DNA from: Minisyncoccota bacterium
GTDB taxonomy: Bacteria > Patescibacteriota > Minisyncoccia > Minisyncoccales > JAQTVQ01
Direction: 5' to 3'
Length of the DNA stretch: 64,000 nt
NCBI GenBank assembly: GCA_041657385.1
Contig: JBBABZ010000001.1
Span: 15,313-79,312 of the forward strand
A program made the translations under genes and the position numbers. This document shows, piece by piece, positions 15,643 to 23,648 of the stretch (position 1 is the first letter of the stretch; the number at the start of each line of letters is the position of its first letter). The notes below the pieces were generated by a model. It saw only the letters and a program-made list of their open reading frames with translations. It searched no databases and was not told where the DNA came from.

Positions 15643-16743
15643 ATGACAAAATTCGATTACAGCCAAAAACCATGGTGGAAATTTGCCTATGAAGCGGCTT
15701 TGGAAGCGCTGGAAGATGCAAAGATGAGATCGTCCCAGCTTGATGCCATTGTTTTAAGCACTATTTCCAATGCAGGAGGCGGAGAGCATCAAACTCATAA
15801 AATTTCTTTGATCTCCGATCTATTCAAAACCCACGTCCCTATCATTGAAACTCCTTCCGTTTGCTCGGGCGGAGGAGTGGCCTTTTGGACGGCTAACCGG
15901 CTCGGCTTTAAAAACATTCTGGTTTTGAGCGGAGAAAAAGCGGTGGATAACCGCACTGAAATTACAACCGACCTGATCATGTCGGCCGCCGAACGCACAG
16001 TAGAACAAACAGAGGGTATGATCTTTCCCGCGCAGAATGCCCTTATCTGGCAGAACTACATGAAAAAATACGGAGCCACAATGGACGATCTTTCCTTGAT
16101 TGCTTACAAAAATCACCAAAATGCGGCCCTTAATCCCAAAGCTTATTACTATAAAAGAACGATGACCCTGGAAGATATTAAAAAATCTCCGGAAGTCGCT
16201 TCGCCCTTGCGCTTGATGGATTGCTCTATGTCGATCAACGGGGGAGCGGCCGTGGTCCTAACCCAGGAAAAAACCGAAGTGGAAGTGGCCGGCTCCGGTT
16301 TTGCCACCGATTATTTGCTTACTTTCGGCCGCGAAGAAACCGACCATTTTAAGGCTACGGAATTGGCAGCCAAGATCGCCTACGAACAAGCGGGCATTTC
16401 TCCAAAAGATATTAATGTCGCCGAACTGCATGATGCTTTCACGCCGATAGAGCTTTTTTCCTACGAAGATCTGGGTTTCGCGCCAAGAGGCCATGGAGCC
16501 GAGCTTATAAGATCCGGCAAGATAAATTTGGGAGGAGAGTTCCCGATCAATTCTTCCGGCGGATTAAAAGCCAAAGGCCATCCGATCTCGGTTACGGGCT
16601 TGGCGCAGATCTACGAAATAACGAAACAGCTTCGAGGGCAGTGCGGCGAACGCCAAGCAAAAAACGCCAGCATCGGATTGTGCCAGAATATCGGCGGAGC
16701 GGGAGGAAGCATTACCGTGAATATTTTGAGAAAGGTTAAATAG
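15643..16743 (+). CDS. Thiolase-fold acetyl-CoA C-acyltransferase, archaeal/SCP-x type
   Basis: The start at 15643 follows an AAGGAG SD. It has the nucleophile Cys context ETPSVCSGGG, GHPISVTG and CQNIGGAGGS at the C-terminus. The overall layout resembles the thiolases that pair with DUF35 proteins. Confidence 0.8.
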   Translation: MTKFDYSQKPWWKFAYEAALEALEDAKMRSSQLDAIVLSTISNAGGGEHQTHKISLISDLFKTHVPIIETPSVCSGGGVAFWTANRLGFKNILVLSGEKAVDNRTEITTDLIMSAAERTVEQTEGMIFPAQNALIWQNYMKKYGATMDDLSLIAYKNHQNAALNPKAYYYKRTMTLEDIKKSPEVASPLRLMDCSMSINGGAAVVLTQEKTEVEVAGSGFATDYLLTFGREETDHFKATELAAKIAYEQAGISPKDINVAELHDAFTPIELFSYEDLGFAPRGHGAELIRSGKINLGGEFPINSSGGLKAKGHPISVTGLAQIYEITKQLRGQCGERQAKNASIGLCQNIGGAGGSITVNILRKVK

Positions 16744-17248
16744 TTTTGAATCTAGAAAGAAGATCGTTGAAATATTTTTTGATCAAGGGGACGACCTCGA
16801 TGACGCAAACGCCTTTACCGGGCTGGCCGTAGACAACGGCCGTTCCTTCTTCGGATAAAAGCACGCAAGGAATGGCAAGCAAGTCTTCTTCCCCTTCAAC
16901 AAAAACATTTTTATTGAAAAAGACGGCTTCCTTGATAACCCCCCAAGCCTCTGACTGGATGGTTCCAGCCGGATTTTTTAGAAAAAGATCATAGCTTATA
17001 TCTTCAGGTATCTTCATCCTCCGGGTCTTGCCGTCAAAAATTTTAACGTTGGAAGATAAATTCAAGGAGCAATAATCTCCGACCGTGATCACTTTCTTAA
17101 ATTTTTTCCGCCAAGCAAGATGATTAAATTTTACCGCCACTTCTTTATCCGAACCGAAAACAGGCAAGCCAATAGGCTCTTGCAGCTCTCCCCTTAAAGA
17201 ATCCGGCAAAATATATGTTTGAAAAAAAATAGGCATAGATATCGGCAA
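16736..17248 (-). CDS. DUF359-family protein = archaeal-type GTP-dependent dephospho-CoA kinase
   Basis: 170 aa. It reads LRGELQEPIGLP, ITVGDYCS, IFDGKTRR, VEGEEDLLAIPCVLL and VVYGQPGKGVCVIEV. This matches the conserved blocks I recall for DUF359. Confidence 0.65.
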   Translation of the reverse strand: MPISMPIFFQTYILPDSLRGELQEPIGLPVFGSDKEVAVKFNHLAWRKKFKKVITVGDYCSLNLSSNVKIFDGKTRRMKIPEDISYDLFLKNPAGTIQSEAWGVIKEAVFFNKNVFVEGEEDLLAIPCVLLSEEGTAVVYGQPGKGVCVIEVVPLIKKYFNDLLSRFKTI

Positions 17249-17298
17249 CAGATTAAAAATTACCCTGTTTAAAAAACAAAATCAATAGAAATTAAAAA

Positions 17299-17317
17299 TT
17301 GCCTGCCGGCAGGCAGG
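17299..17317. repeat. Solo GC palindrome TTGCCTGCCGGCAGGCAGG
   Basis: It carries the same palindrome module found inside A4, A5, A8 and D1, here without heptamer arms. Confidence 0.7.
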
Positions 17318-17330
17318 AAAATTAAAGACT

Positions 17331-18362
17331 ATGTTTTATCAATGTCCGAAATGTAAAAAAACCTGGCAGCACCCGATCGAAAAATGTCCGGATTGTTTTG
17401 AGCTGTTGGAAAGGATGGCCAGCCAAAAAATCAAAGTCTCCGCTGTTTCCAAGATCAGCGTGCCTTCGCTGGCCCACCCGAAAATCCCTTATTTTACTTT
17501 GATCCTGGAAGACGAAGCGGGCAACAAATGGGCGCAAAAAAGCTTTAAAGAATATCAAGCAGGCCAAGAATTTTCTTATGCCTCTTCAAAAGACCCGAAT
17601 GCCGTAGCGATCTGGCGGATTAAATACGACCTGCTGGAAGCCATTGAAAAGCTGGTTGATCTGCTTGGCGGGCTGGAGATAACACCCGAAACGAAAATAT
17701 TGGTCCTTCCTGCTCTAAACGCTCCCAAACATTCTTATTTCGGCGAGAACACCACCCCGGAATTTTTAGAACAAACTATCCAATATTTAATAAGCCGCGG
17801 CGCTGGAAAAGAGAACATCCAGGTCGCCGGCCAAAGCTTCAACGATATTCCGATCGAAGCTTGCGCCCAAAAGTCCGGACTGCTCAAAGTCTGCTTGAAA
17901 TACAATATTGTTCCGCTTGATCTGGCAAAAAACGCTTTTACTAAAAAAAATGGCTTGGAAATCTCTGAAAATATTTTTTCAGCGGACTTGGCCATCAACC
18001 TTGCCGCGCTGAAGATCGGGCAGGCCTGCGCCTCCGAAAATCTGTTTAAGTTTTTGAAAAAAGAAAATTACCTGGGATTGAAATATCTTTACGGCCAAAA
18101 AGAAATTTTTGAAAAAATGGAAAGCGCCCTGCCTAAAATTCTGACCATAGCCGAGGCCGACCGGGTGCAAACTCCGGAAAAATTCATAAGCTTCCTGGGG
18201 CTAGCGCTGGCAGGGTCCAGCTCCCTTAATATAGATGCCGTTTTCAGCCAGCTCCGCCCGGCTAAAGCTTTGCCAGAAATCTTGTCGGATGTTAAAATCG
18301 GAGAGGTTATAATTGTCGGACGCACAATTGAAGAAGCCCAATTTGATAACAAAAATATTTAA
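17331..18362 (+). CDS. DUF35-like (Zn-ribbon + OB fold) fused to a DUF362-like domain
   Basis: The N-terminus is [20 protein letters not shown] followed by an OB-like segment. The C-terminal ~230 aa ([48 protein letters not shown]) resemble DUF362. Confidence 0.55.
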   Translation: MFYQCPKCKKTWQHPIEKCPDCFELLERMASQKIKVSAVSKISVPSLAHPKIPYFTLILEDEAGNKWAQKSFKEYQAGQEFSYASSKDPNAVAIWRIKYDLLEAIEKLVDLLGGLEITPETKILVLPALNAPKHSYFGENTTPEFLEQTIQYLISRGAGKENIQVAGQSFNDIPIEACAQKSGLLKVCLKYNIVPLDLAKNAFTKKNGLEISENIFSADLAINLAALKIGQACASENLFKFLKKENYLGLKYLYGQKEIFEKMESALPKILTIAEADRVQTPEKFISFLGLALAGSSSLNIDAVFSQLRPAKALPEILSDVKIGEVIIVGRTIEEAQFDNKNI

Positions 18363-18378
18363 TGGTCAAACACAAATT

Positions 18379-19116
18379 ATGAAAAACAAAATTGTTTTGA
18401 TAACCGGAGCGTCGCAGGGAATAGGCAAAGCGATCGCCCTGAAATTCGCAGCGCTTGGCGCGCAAATCGCGCTTAACGACATTCCCAGCCAGGAAGAAAA
18501 TTTAAAGACCGCCAAATCGGAAATAGAAAAGCTCGGAGCCAAAGCCGAATATTTTATGGCCGACGTTTCCAAATTCGATGAAGTGGAAAAAATGATGGCC
18601 GGCATTAAAGAAAAATTCGGAGGCCTGGATGTTCTGGTGAACAACGCCGGCATTGCCAAGGATAGGACATTAGCCAAAATGACCGTTGAAGAATGGCAAA
18701 AAGTGATTGATATTGATTTGACTAGCGTTTTTAATTGCTCCAAACTAGCTTTGCCAATGCTTGTCCCGAACCAAGGAAGCATAGTCAGTCTTTCTTCGGT
18801 AGTCGGGCAGGAAGGAAATTTCGGACAGACCAATTACTCCGCAGCCAAAGCTGGCATTATTGGATTCACTAAATCATTGGCCAAAGAAGTCGGAAGGTTC
18901 GGCGTCAGGGTCAATGCGGTTGCTCCCGGATTTATTGAAACAAAAATGGCTGAAGCCATTCCCGAACAATTGAAAGCTACCGTTAAGCAGCTGACCTCTT
19001 TAGGAAGGTTCGGCCGGCCCGAAGAAGTGGCCAGCGTAATTGCCTTTCTTGCTTCGCCGGATGCTAGCTTTGTGACTGGAGTGGTTCTGAACATTGATGG
19101 AGGGCTGGCGATTTAA
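18379..19116 (+). CDS. fabG: 3-oxoacyl-[ACP/CoA] reductase, SDR family
   Basis: The ATG at 18379 gives [24 protein letters not shown], the Ser-Tyr-Lys context (SSVVG...YSAAKAG), PGFIET and the ending [14 protein letters not shown] are all present. Confidence 0.85.
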   Translation: MKNKIVLITGASQGIGKAIALKFAALGAQIALNDIPSQEENLKTAKSEIEKLGAKAEYFMADVSKFDEVEKMMAGIKEKFGGLDVLVNNAGIAKDRTLAKMTVEEWQKVIDIDLTSVFNCSKLALPMLVPNQGSIVSLSSVVGQEGNFGQTNYSAAKAGIIGFTKSLAKEVGRFGVRVNAVAPGFIETKMAEAIPEQLKATVKQLTSLGRFGRPEEVASVIAFLASPDASFVTGVVLNIDGGLAI

Positions 19117-19222
19117 GCGAAAAGCTAAAAGCGAAAAGTGTAAAATAAACGAACGAATATTTTACGCTTTGCACTTTTGTTTTGCACTTTTCGCTTTACC
19201 TGCCTGCCGGCAGGCAGGCGCT
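19116..19222. repeat. Heptamer-hairpin element, family A, copy A5, with GC palindrome
   Basis: Reads AGCGAAAAGCTAAAAGCGAAAAGTGTAAAATAAACGAACGAATATTTTACGCTTTGCACTTTTGTTTTGCACTTTTCGCTTTA + CCTGCCTGCCGGCAGGCAGG (19199-19218). Confidence 0.85.
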
Positions 19223-19339
19223 TTCCAAAAATTTAAAGATTAAAATAATAAATAATAATTCCAAAAATCGAACAGCCAGTATCAAATAAATAAACAAAGG
19301 TTATTTGACATTAGGATTTTGAAATTTGGATTTAAGCAA

Positions 19340-20320
19340 ATGTTAGTGATAAACCAAAAACAGGTCAAAAAACTTCTTCCTTTAAGCGATATTAAAATCG
19401 TAGTTAAAGCGGTAGAGAACGCTTTCGGCGATTATGGCCGCGAGCTGGTCCAGATGCCCTGCAAGCAATACCTTTATTTCACCGAAAATAACGGCGACTT
19501 AAGGGTCATGCCTTCTTATTCTTCCGTCTTAAAAATGGCCGGAACAAAAATAGTCAATGTTCATCCAGACAATCCTAAAAAGGGCTTAGCCACTGTCATG
19601 GCCAGCATTATTTTGAACGATCCGAAAAACGGCATGCCCGTAGCGATGATGGATGGAAGTTATATCACCGCCATGAGAACCGGCGCCGCCGGGGCTGTTG
19701 CGGCCAAATACCTGGCCCGCGAAGACGCGGCCACTCTCGGAATAGTAGGAGCTGGCGTCCAAGCGATCTATCAAATAGCCGCCACTTCCAAAGTGCGCAA
19801 ATTAAAAGACATTGCTGTTTTCGATCCCAATAAAAAAGCTGCCGACAACCTGATCAAAATTTTAGCCAAAGAAGGGATAAAAGTCCGTGCCGCCGATAGC
19901 ATCGAAGAAGCTTGCGGAATGGATATCGTCACCACAACCACTCCCGTTAGAAAACCGATCGTCAAAAAAGAATGGATCAAGCCGGGAGCCCACATCAACG
20001 CCATCGGAGCCGATGCCGAAGGCAAAGAAGAGATAGAAGCGGAAGCCTTGAAAGGAATGAAAATAATTATCGATGACTGGGCGCAGGCCAGCCACTCGGG
20101 AGAGATCAATGTGCCTCTTAAACAAGGCGTTATAACCAAAGAAGATATTTGGGCCGGATTAGGAGATATAATTGCCGGGAAAAAACAAGGCAGAACCAAC
20201 GCCGAAGAAATAACCATCTTTGATTCCACCGGTCTCGGGCTCCAAGATCTTTATACCGCCGTGGAAGTAATGAAGCTGGCCAAGAAAGAGGGAGTGGGAA
20301 AAGAAATAGAACTGATCTAA
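19340..20320 (+). CDS. Ornithine cyclodeaminase / mu-crystallin family NAD(P) enzyme
   Basis: The ATG at 19340 gives MLVINQKQVKKLL. ITAMRTGAAGAVAAKYLAR and the Rossmann motif LGIVGAGVQA are typical of the family. Confidence 0.75.
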   Translation: MLVINQKQVKKLLPLSDIKIVVKAVENAFGDYGRELVQMPCKQYLYFTENNGDLRVMPSYSSVLKMAGTKIVNVHPDNPKKGLATVMASIILNDPKNGMPVAMMDGSYITAMRTGAAGAVAAKYLAREDAATLGIVGAGVQAIYQIAATSKVRKLKDIAVFDPNKKAADNLIKILAKEGIKVRAADSIEEACGMDIVTTTTPVRKPIVKKEWIKPGAHINAIGADAEGKEEIEAEALKGMKIIIDDWAQASHSGEINVPLKQGVITKEDIWAGLGDIIAGKKQGRTNAEEITIFDSTGLGLQDLYTAVEVMKLAKKEGVGKEIELI

Positions 20321-20335
20321 TAACTGGCAAAACTA

Positions 20336-20462
20336 GGTAAAGTGAAAAAGCGTAAAGTGCAAAGCGAAAAGCGCAAAACAACAGTGCAAAATTTAAAATA
20401 TTCGTTCGCTGTTTTTAGCTTTTCGCTGTTGCTTTACGCTTTGCGCTTTTAGCTTTACGCTT
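20336..20462. repeat. Heptamer-hairpin element, family A, copy A6
   Basis: Reads GGTAAAGTGAAAAAGCGTAAAGTGCAAAGCGAAAAGCGCAAAAC...TTTAAAATATTCGTTCGCTG...TTTTTAGCTTTTCGCTGTTGCTTTACGCTTTGCGCTTTTAGCTTTACGCTT. Confidence 0.9.
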
Positions 20463-20469
20463 AATCTCT

Positions 20470-21969
20470 ATGTTATATTCCAAAGACCAAATCAAAAATA
20501 TCATTCCCTATGATGACCCCTTCCTTTGGGTCGATGAGATCGAGAAGATCGAAGGCGATACAATTTTCGGTTCCAAGCAAACTTCTCCCCAAGATCCGTA
20601 TTTCAAGGGTCATTTCGTTGATTTTCCGATCATGCCGGGCGTTTTGGTCGTAGAAGGGCTTGCCCAAACTGGAACTCTTTTACTTCGCGAAAGGCTTGGC
20701 AGCAGCCACCAGCAAAAACATATCCTAGCCTATCAAGTAAGAAGCGCTATATTCTATTCGCCGATACTGCCCGGAGACAAGATCAAATACAAGGTCCGAT
20801 TGCTCGGTATATACGGCTCCAAGATCGCCAACTTCGTGGGAGAAGCTTATGTGGCAGATACTTTAAAATGCGAGCTTAGATTTTCAGCGGCCATTCTCGA
20901 CAAAAAAGAGATGCAGGAAAAATTCCTGGCCGACAGAACAAATTCCCAGCCGGAAAAGAAAAAACTGTTCGAGCTTCCAGCGCTAAAAGTAGGAAGATTT
21001 ACCGCAAAATTACCGATCATCCAAGGAGGAATGGCTGTCCGCGTTTCCCTTCATAAACTGGCTGGCAATGTCGCCAAAGAAGGCGGGGTAGGAATAATCG
21101 CCGTTTCGGGAATGAAGGATCCGCAGGAAGTAAAAGATGAGATCAGAAAAGCGCGCGCAATTGCCGGAGAAAACGGAGCGATCGGCATCAATATAATGGG
21201 AGTTGTCGGACAATTCAAACAGCTGGTAACCGCGGCGGTTGAAGAAAAAGTCGACCTGATAATCCAGGGAGCGGGATTCCGCACGGACATTTTCGAAATG
21301 ACCAGGGAAAGCTCCATCCCCGTTTTCGCCATGGCTTCATCAGCGAAAGTAGCTAAAAGGGCGGAAGAAGCTGGCGCATCGGCCGTTGTTGTTGAGGGTT
21401 GCGATGCCGGCGGCCACCTTGGATTCCCTCATGGACATCCTTTCCGTAAAACCATAGACATCATAAAGGAGGTCGTTAAAGAAGTGCGCATCCCCGTTAT
21501 CGCCGCTGGAGGCATTTTTGATGGAAAGGATATTGTAGAAATGTTAAGAGCCGGAGCGAAAGGCATTCAAATGGCGACCCGATTCGTTTCGACCGAAGAA
21601 TGCGATGCTGACATAAAATTCAAAGAAGCGCACATCAACGCAAAAAAAGAAGACATCGTTATCATCCATTCGCCAGTGGGCCTGCCCGGCCGAGCGATCA
21701 AAACCCCTTTTGTTGAAAAACTTTTGAAAGGAACTGCGCCCAAGCCCGACCCGATCGAGTGCCAAGGCTGTATAGGACCAGTTTGCGACAAAAGCTATTG
21801 CATCCTGAAAGTACTGGAAAACGCCCGGAAAGGAGACTTGGAAAACGGCCTGGTCTTTGCCGGAGCCAACGTTTGGAGAGTAAACAAAATGACAACGGTC
21901 AAAGCTTTAATAAAAGAACTGGTAGATGAAGCGAATGAAATACTGGCTAAGGAGCCGTTAATATCATAA
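20470..21969 (+). CDS. FabZ-like hot-dog dehydratase fused to a FabK/nitronate-monooxygenase-type enoyl reductase
   Basis: The N-terminus has YFKGHFVDFPIMPGVLVVEGLAQTG (the FabZ/FabA signature). From ~aa 175 it reads LPIIQGGMAVRVS...GVGIIA...VVVEGCDAGGHLG, a TIM-barrel FMN enoyl reductase. Confidence 0.8.
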   Translation: MLYSKDQIKNIIPYDDPFLWVDEIEKIEGDTIFGSKQTSPQDPYFKGHFVDFPIMPGVLVVEGLAQTGTLLLRERLGSSHQQKHILAYQVRSAIFYSPILPGDKIKYKVRLLGIYGSKIANFVGEAYVADTLKCELRFSAAILDKKEMQEKFLADRTNSQPEKKKLFELPALKVGRFTAKLPIIQGGMAVRVSLHKLAGNVAKEGGVGIIAVSGMKDPQEVKDEIRKARAIAGENGAIGINIMGVVGQFKQLVTAAVEEKVDLIIQGAGFRTDIFEMTRESSIPVFAMASSAKVAKRAEEAGASAVVVEGCDAGGHLGFPHGHPFRKTIDIIKEVVKEVRIPVIAAGGIFDGKDIVEMLRAGAKGIQMATRFVSTEECDADIKFKEAHINAKKEDIVIIHSPVGLPGRAIKTPFVEKLLKGTAPKPDPIECQGCIGPVCDKSYCILKVLENARKGDLENGLVFAGANVWRVNKMTTVKALIKELVDEANEILAKEPLIS

Positions 21970-21973
21970 ATAA

Positions 21974-22069
21974 AAAGCGTAAAGTGCAAAGCGAAAAGCG
22001 CAAAACAACAGTGTAAAGCTAAAAGCAACGAACGGATATTTTACACTTTTCGCTTTACGCTTTGCACTT
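21974..22069. repeat. Heptamer-hairpin element, family A, copy A7
   Basis: Reads AAAAGCGTAAAGTGCAAAGCGAAAAGCGCAAAACAACAGTGTAAAGCTAAAAGCAACGAACGGATATTTTACACTTTTCGCTTTACGCTTTGCACTT. Confidence 0.9.
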
Positions 22070-22079
22070 AATATCTCCT

Positions 22080-23018
22080 ATGTTTGAAACTAACAAACTG
22101 ACACAACTTCTCGGCATTGAGTATCCCGTCATCCAAGGCGGTATGGCTGGCATTTCCGAATCAAAACTGGTTTCGGCTGTTTCCAATGCCGGAGGATTAG
22201 GCACCATTGGCGCAGGATTGATGCCGGCTTCTTGGGTGGAGCAGGAGATCCAAAAAACCCGCCAGCTGACTTCAAAACCTTTTGCCGTAAATCTTTTTAT
22301 GCAAAACCAGAAGATTGAAGAAATAGTCAAAGCCATCATCAAAAATAAAGTTCCGATCGTCTTCATCGGAGGCGGCAATCCGATGCTGGTTATGCCTTAT
22401 TTAAAAAGCGCGGGCATCAAAACGATCCCGGTCGTCCCTTCTCCCAGGCTTGCCAAAAAAATGGAAGAAAACGACGCCGACGCAATAGTTGTTGAAGGGG
22501 TAGAATCAGGAGGCCATCTTGGGCCCAACACCACTTTTTGCTTGATCCCGCAAACCGTAGAGCTGGTTAAAAAAATCCCGATTATTGCCGCCGGAGGCAT
22601 TTTTGACGGACAAACCGCGGCGATGGCGATGGCTGCCGGAGCTGACGGCGTCCAAATAGGCACCCGCTTTTTGGCCACCCCTGAATGCATCATCTCCCAA
22701 AGCTATAAGCAAAAGATCGTCGACTCTTCAGCCGATGATATTGAAATTGTTCTGGCTTTTACCGGCCATCCCTTGCGCGTGATCAAAAACAAATGGGCCG
22801 AAGATATGAAAAAATTGGAAACAAAAAATGTTTTTCCCGAAGAGTTGAACGCGGGAAAGATCGCCGGATCCCTAGGAGGAGAAAATGTCGATAATATCCC
22901 TCTTTTAGCCGGGCTTTGCGCGGCCAGCATTAAAGATATAAAATCTTGCCAAGCGATCATTGAAGAGATCGCCAGCTCTTTAAAAAAATATGAACAAAGC
23001 CGTATCAACGATCTGTAA
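22080..23018 (+). CDS. fabK: FabK-type enoyl-[acyl-carrier] reductase II / nitronate monooxygenase family
   Basis: The ATG at 22080 gives MFETNKLTQLLGIEYPVIQGGMAGIS...AIVVEGVESGGHLG...AAGGIFDG. The track start at 22062 is a TTG inside repeat A7. Confidence 0.75.
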   Translation: MFETNKLTQLLGIEYPVIQGGMAGISESKLVSAVSNAGGLGTIGAGLMPASWVEQEIQKTRQLTSKPFAVNLFMQNQKIEEIVKAIIKNKVPIVFIGGGNPMLVMPYLKSAGIKTIPVVPSPRLAKKMEENDADAIVVEGVESGGHLGPNTTFCLIPQTVELVKKIPIIAAGGIFDGQTAAMAMAAGADGVQIGTRFLATPECIISQSYKQKIVDSSADDIEIVLAFTGHPLRVIKNKWAEDMKKLETKNVFPEELNAGKIAGSLGGENVDNIPLLAGLCAASIKDIKSCQAIIEEIASSLKKYEQSRINDL

Positions 23019-23643
23019 AGTATTGCTCAAACCCCTGATCGACCAATTGTTCATTAAAAAAGTGAATGGATTGGAAAATCTGCCAAAAAGTAATTTCATT
23101 TTAGCCGCAAATCACCAAAGCAATTTGGACCATGTGATCATCGGATCGTTTTGCGTGCCAAGAAGTTTCAAATTCATAGGCCAGGTGGATGGGCACAAGG
23201 GAATAAGTAAATTACTGGTTGATTTATTTTACGGTTTTTTCGGAGTTATTCCCTTAGACCGGGGCGACAGCGGATCTAAAAAATCGGCTATTAAAAAAGC
23301 TGTAGAATCTTTAAAAAAAGGCTACATCATTGGAATTTATCCAGAAGGCACTCGTACTCGCAGCGGCGAATTGGGAGAAGCTAAGCCTGGCGTGGCTAAA
23401 ATATTTTTGGGAAGCGGCGCGCCGATCGTTCCAATAGCGATCAAAGGAACTTTCGAATTATTCCCTCCTCACGGAAAATTGAAAATAAAACGCATAGTGG
23501 AAGTCGAGATCGGCCGGCCTATTTATTTTAAAAAAGAATTCAAAGCCGCTCAAAATTTGTCTTACCAGTCAGAAAAATATAAAAAACTTTGCCAAGGGAT
23601 ATCCGATAAAGTAATGGTAAAAATTTCCGATCTGATAAAATAA
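22990..23643 (+). CDS. plsC: 1-acyl-sn-glycerol-3-phosphate acyltransferase
   Basis: 217 aa. It has the NHQSNLD (HX4D) acyltransferase motif and IYPEGTRT. Confidence 0.8.
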   Translation: MNKAVSTICKVLLKPLIDQLFIKKVNGLENLPKSNFILAANHQSNLDHVIIGSFCVPRSFKFIGQVDGHKGISKLLVDLFYGFFGVIPLDRGDSGSKKSAIKKAVESLKKGYIIGIYPEGTRTRSGELGEAKPGVAKIFLGSGAPIVPIAIKGTFELFPPHGKLKIKRIVEVEIGRPIYFKKEFKAAQNLSYQSEKYKKLCQGISDKVMVKISDLIK

Positions 23644-23648
23644 TAGAT

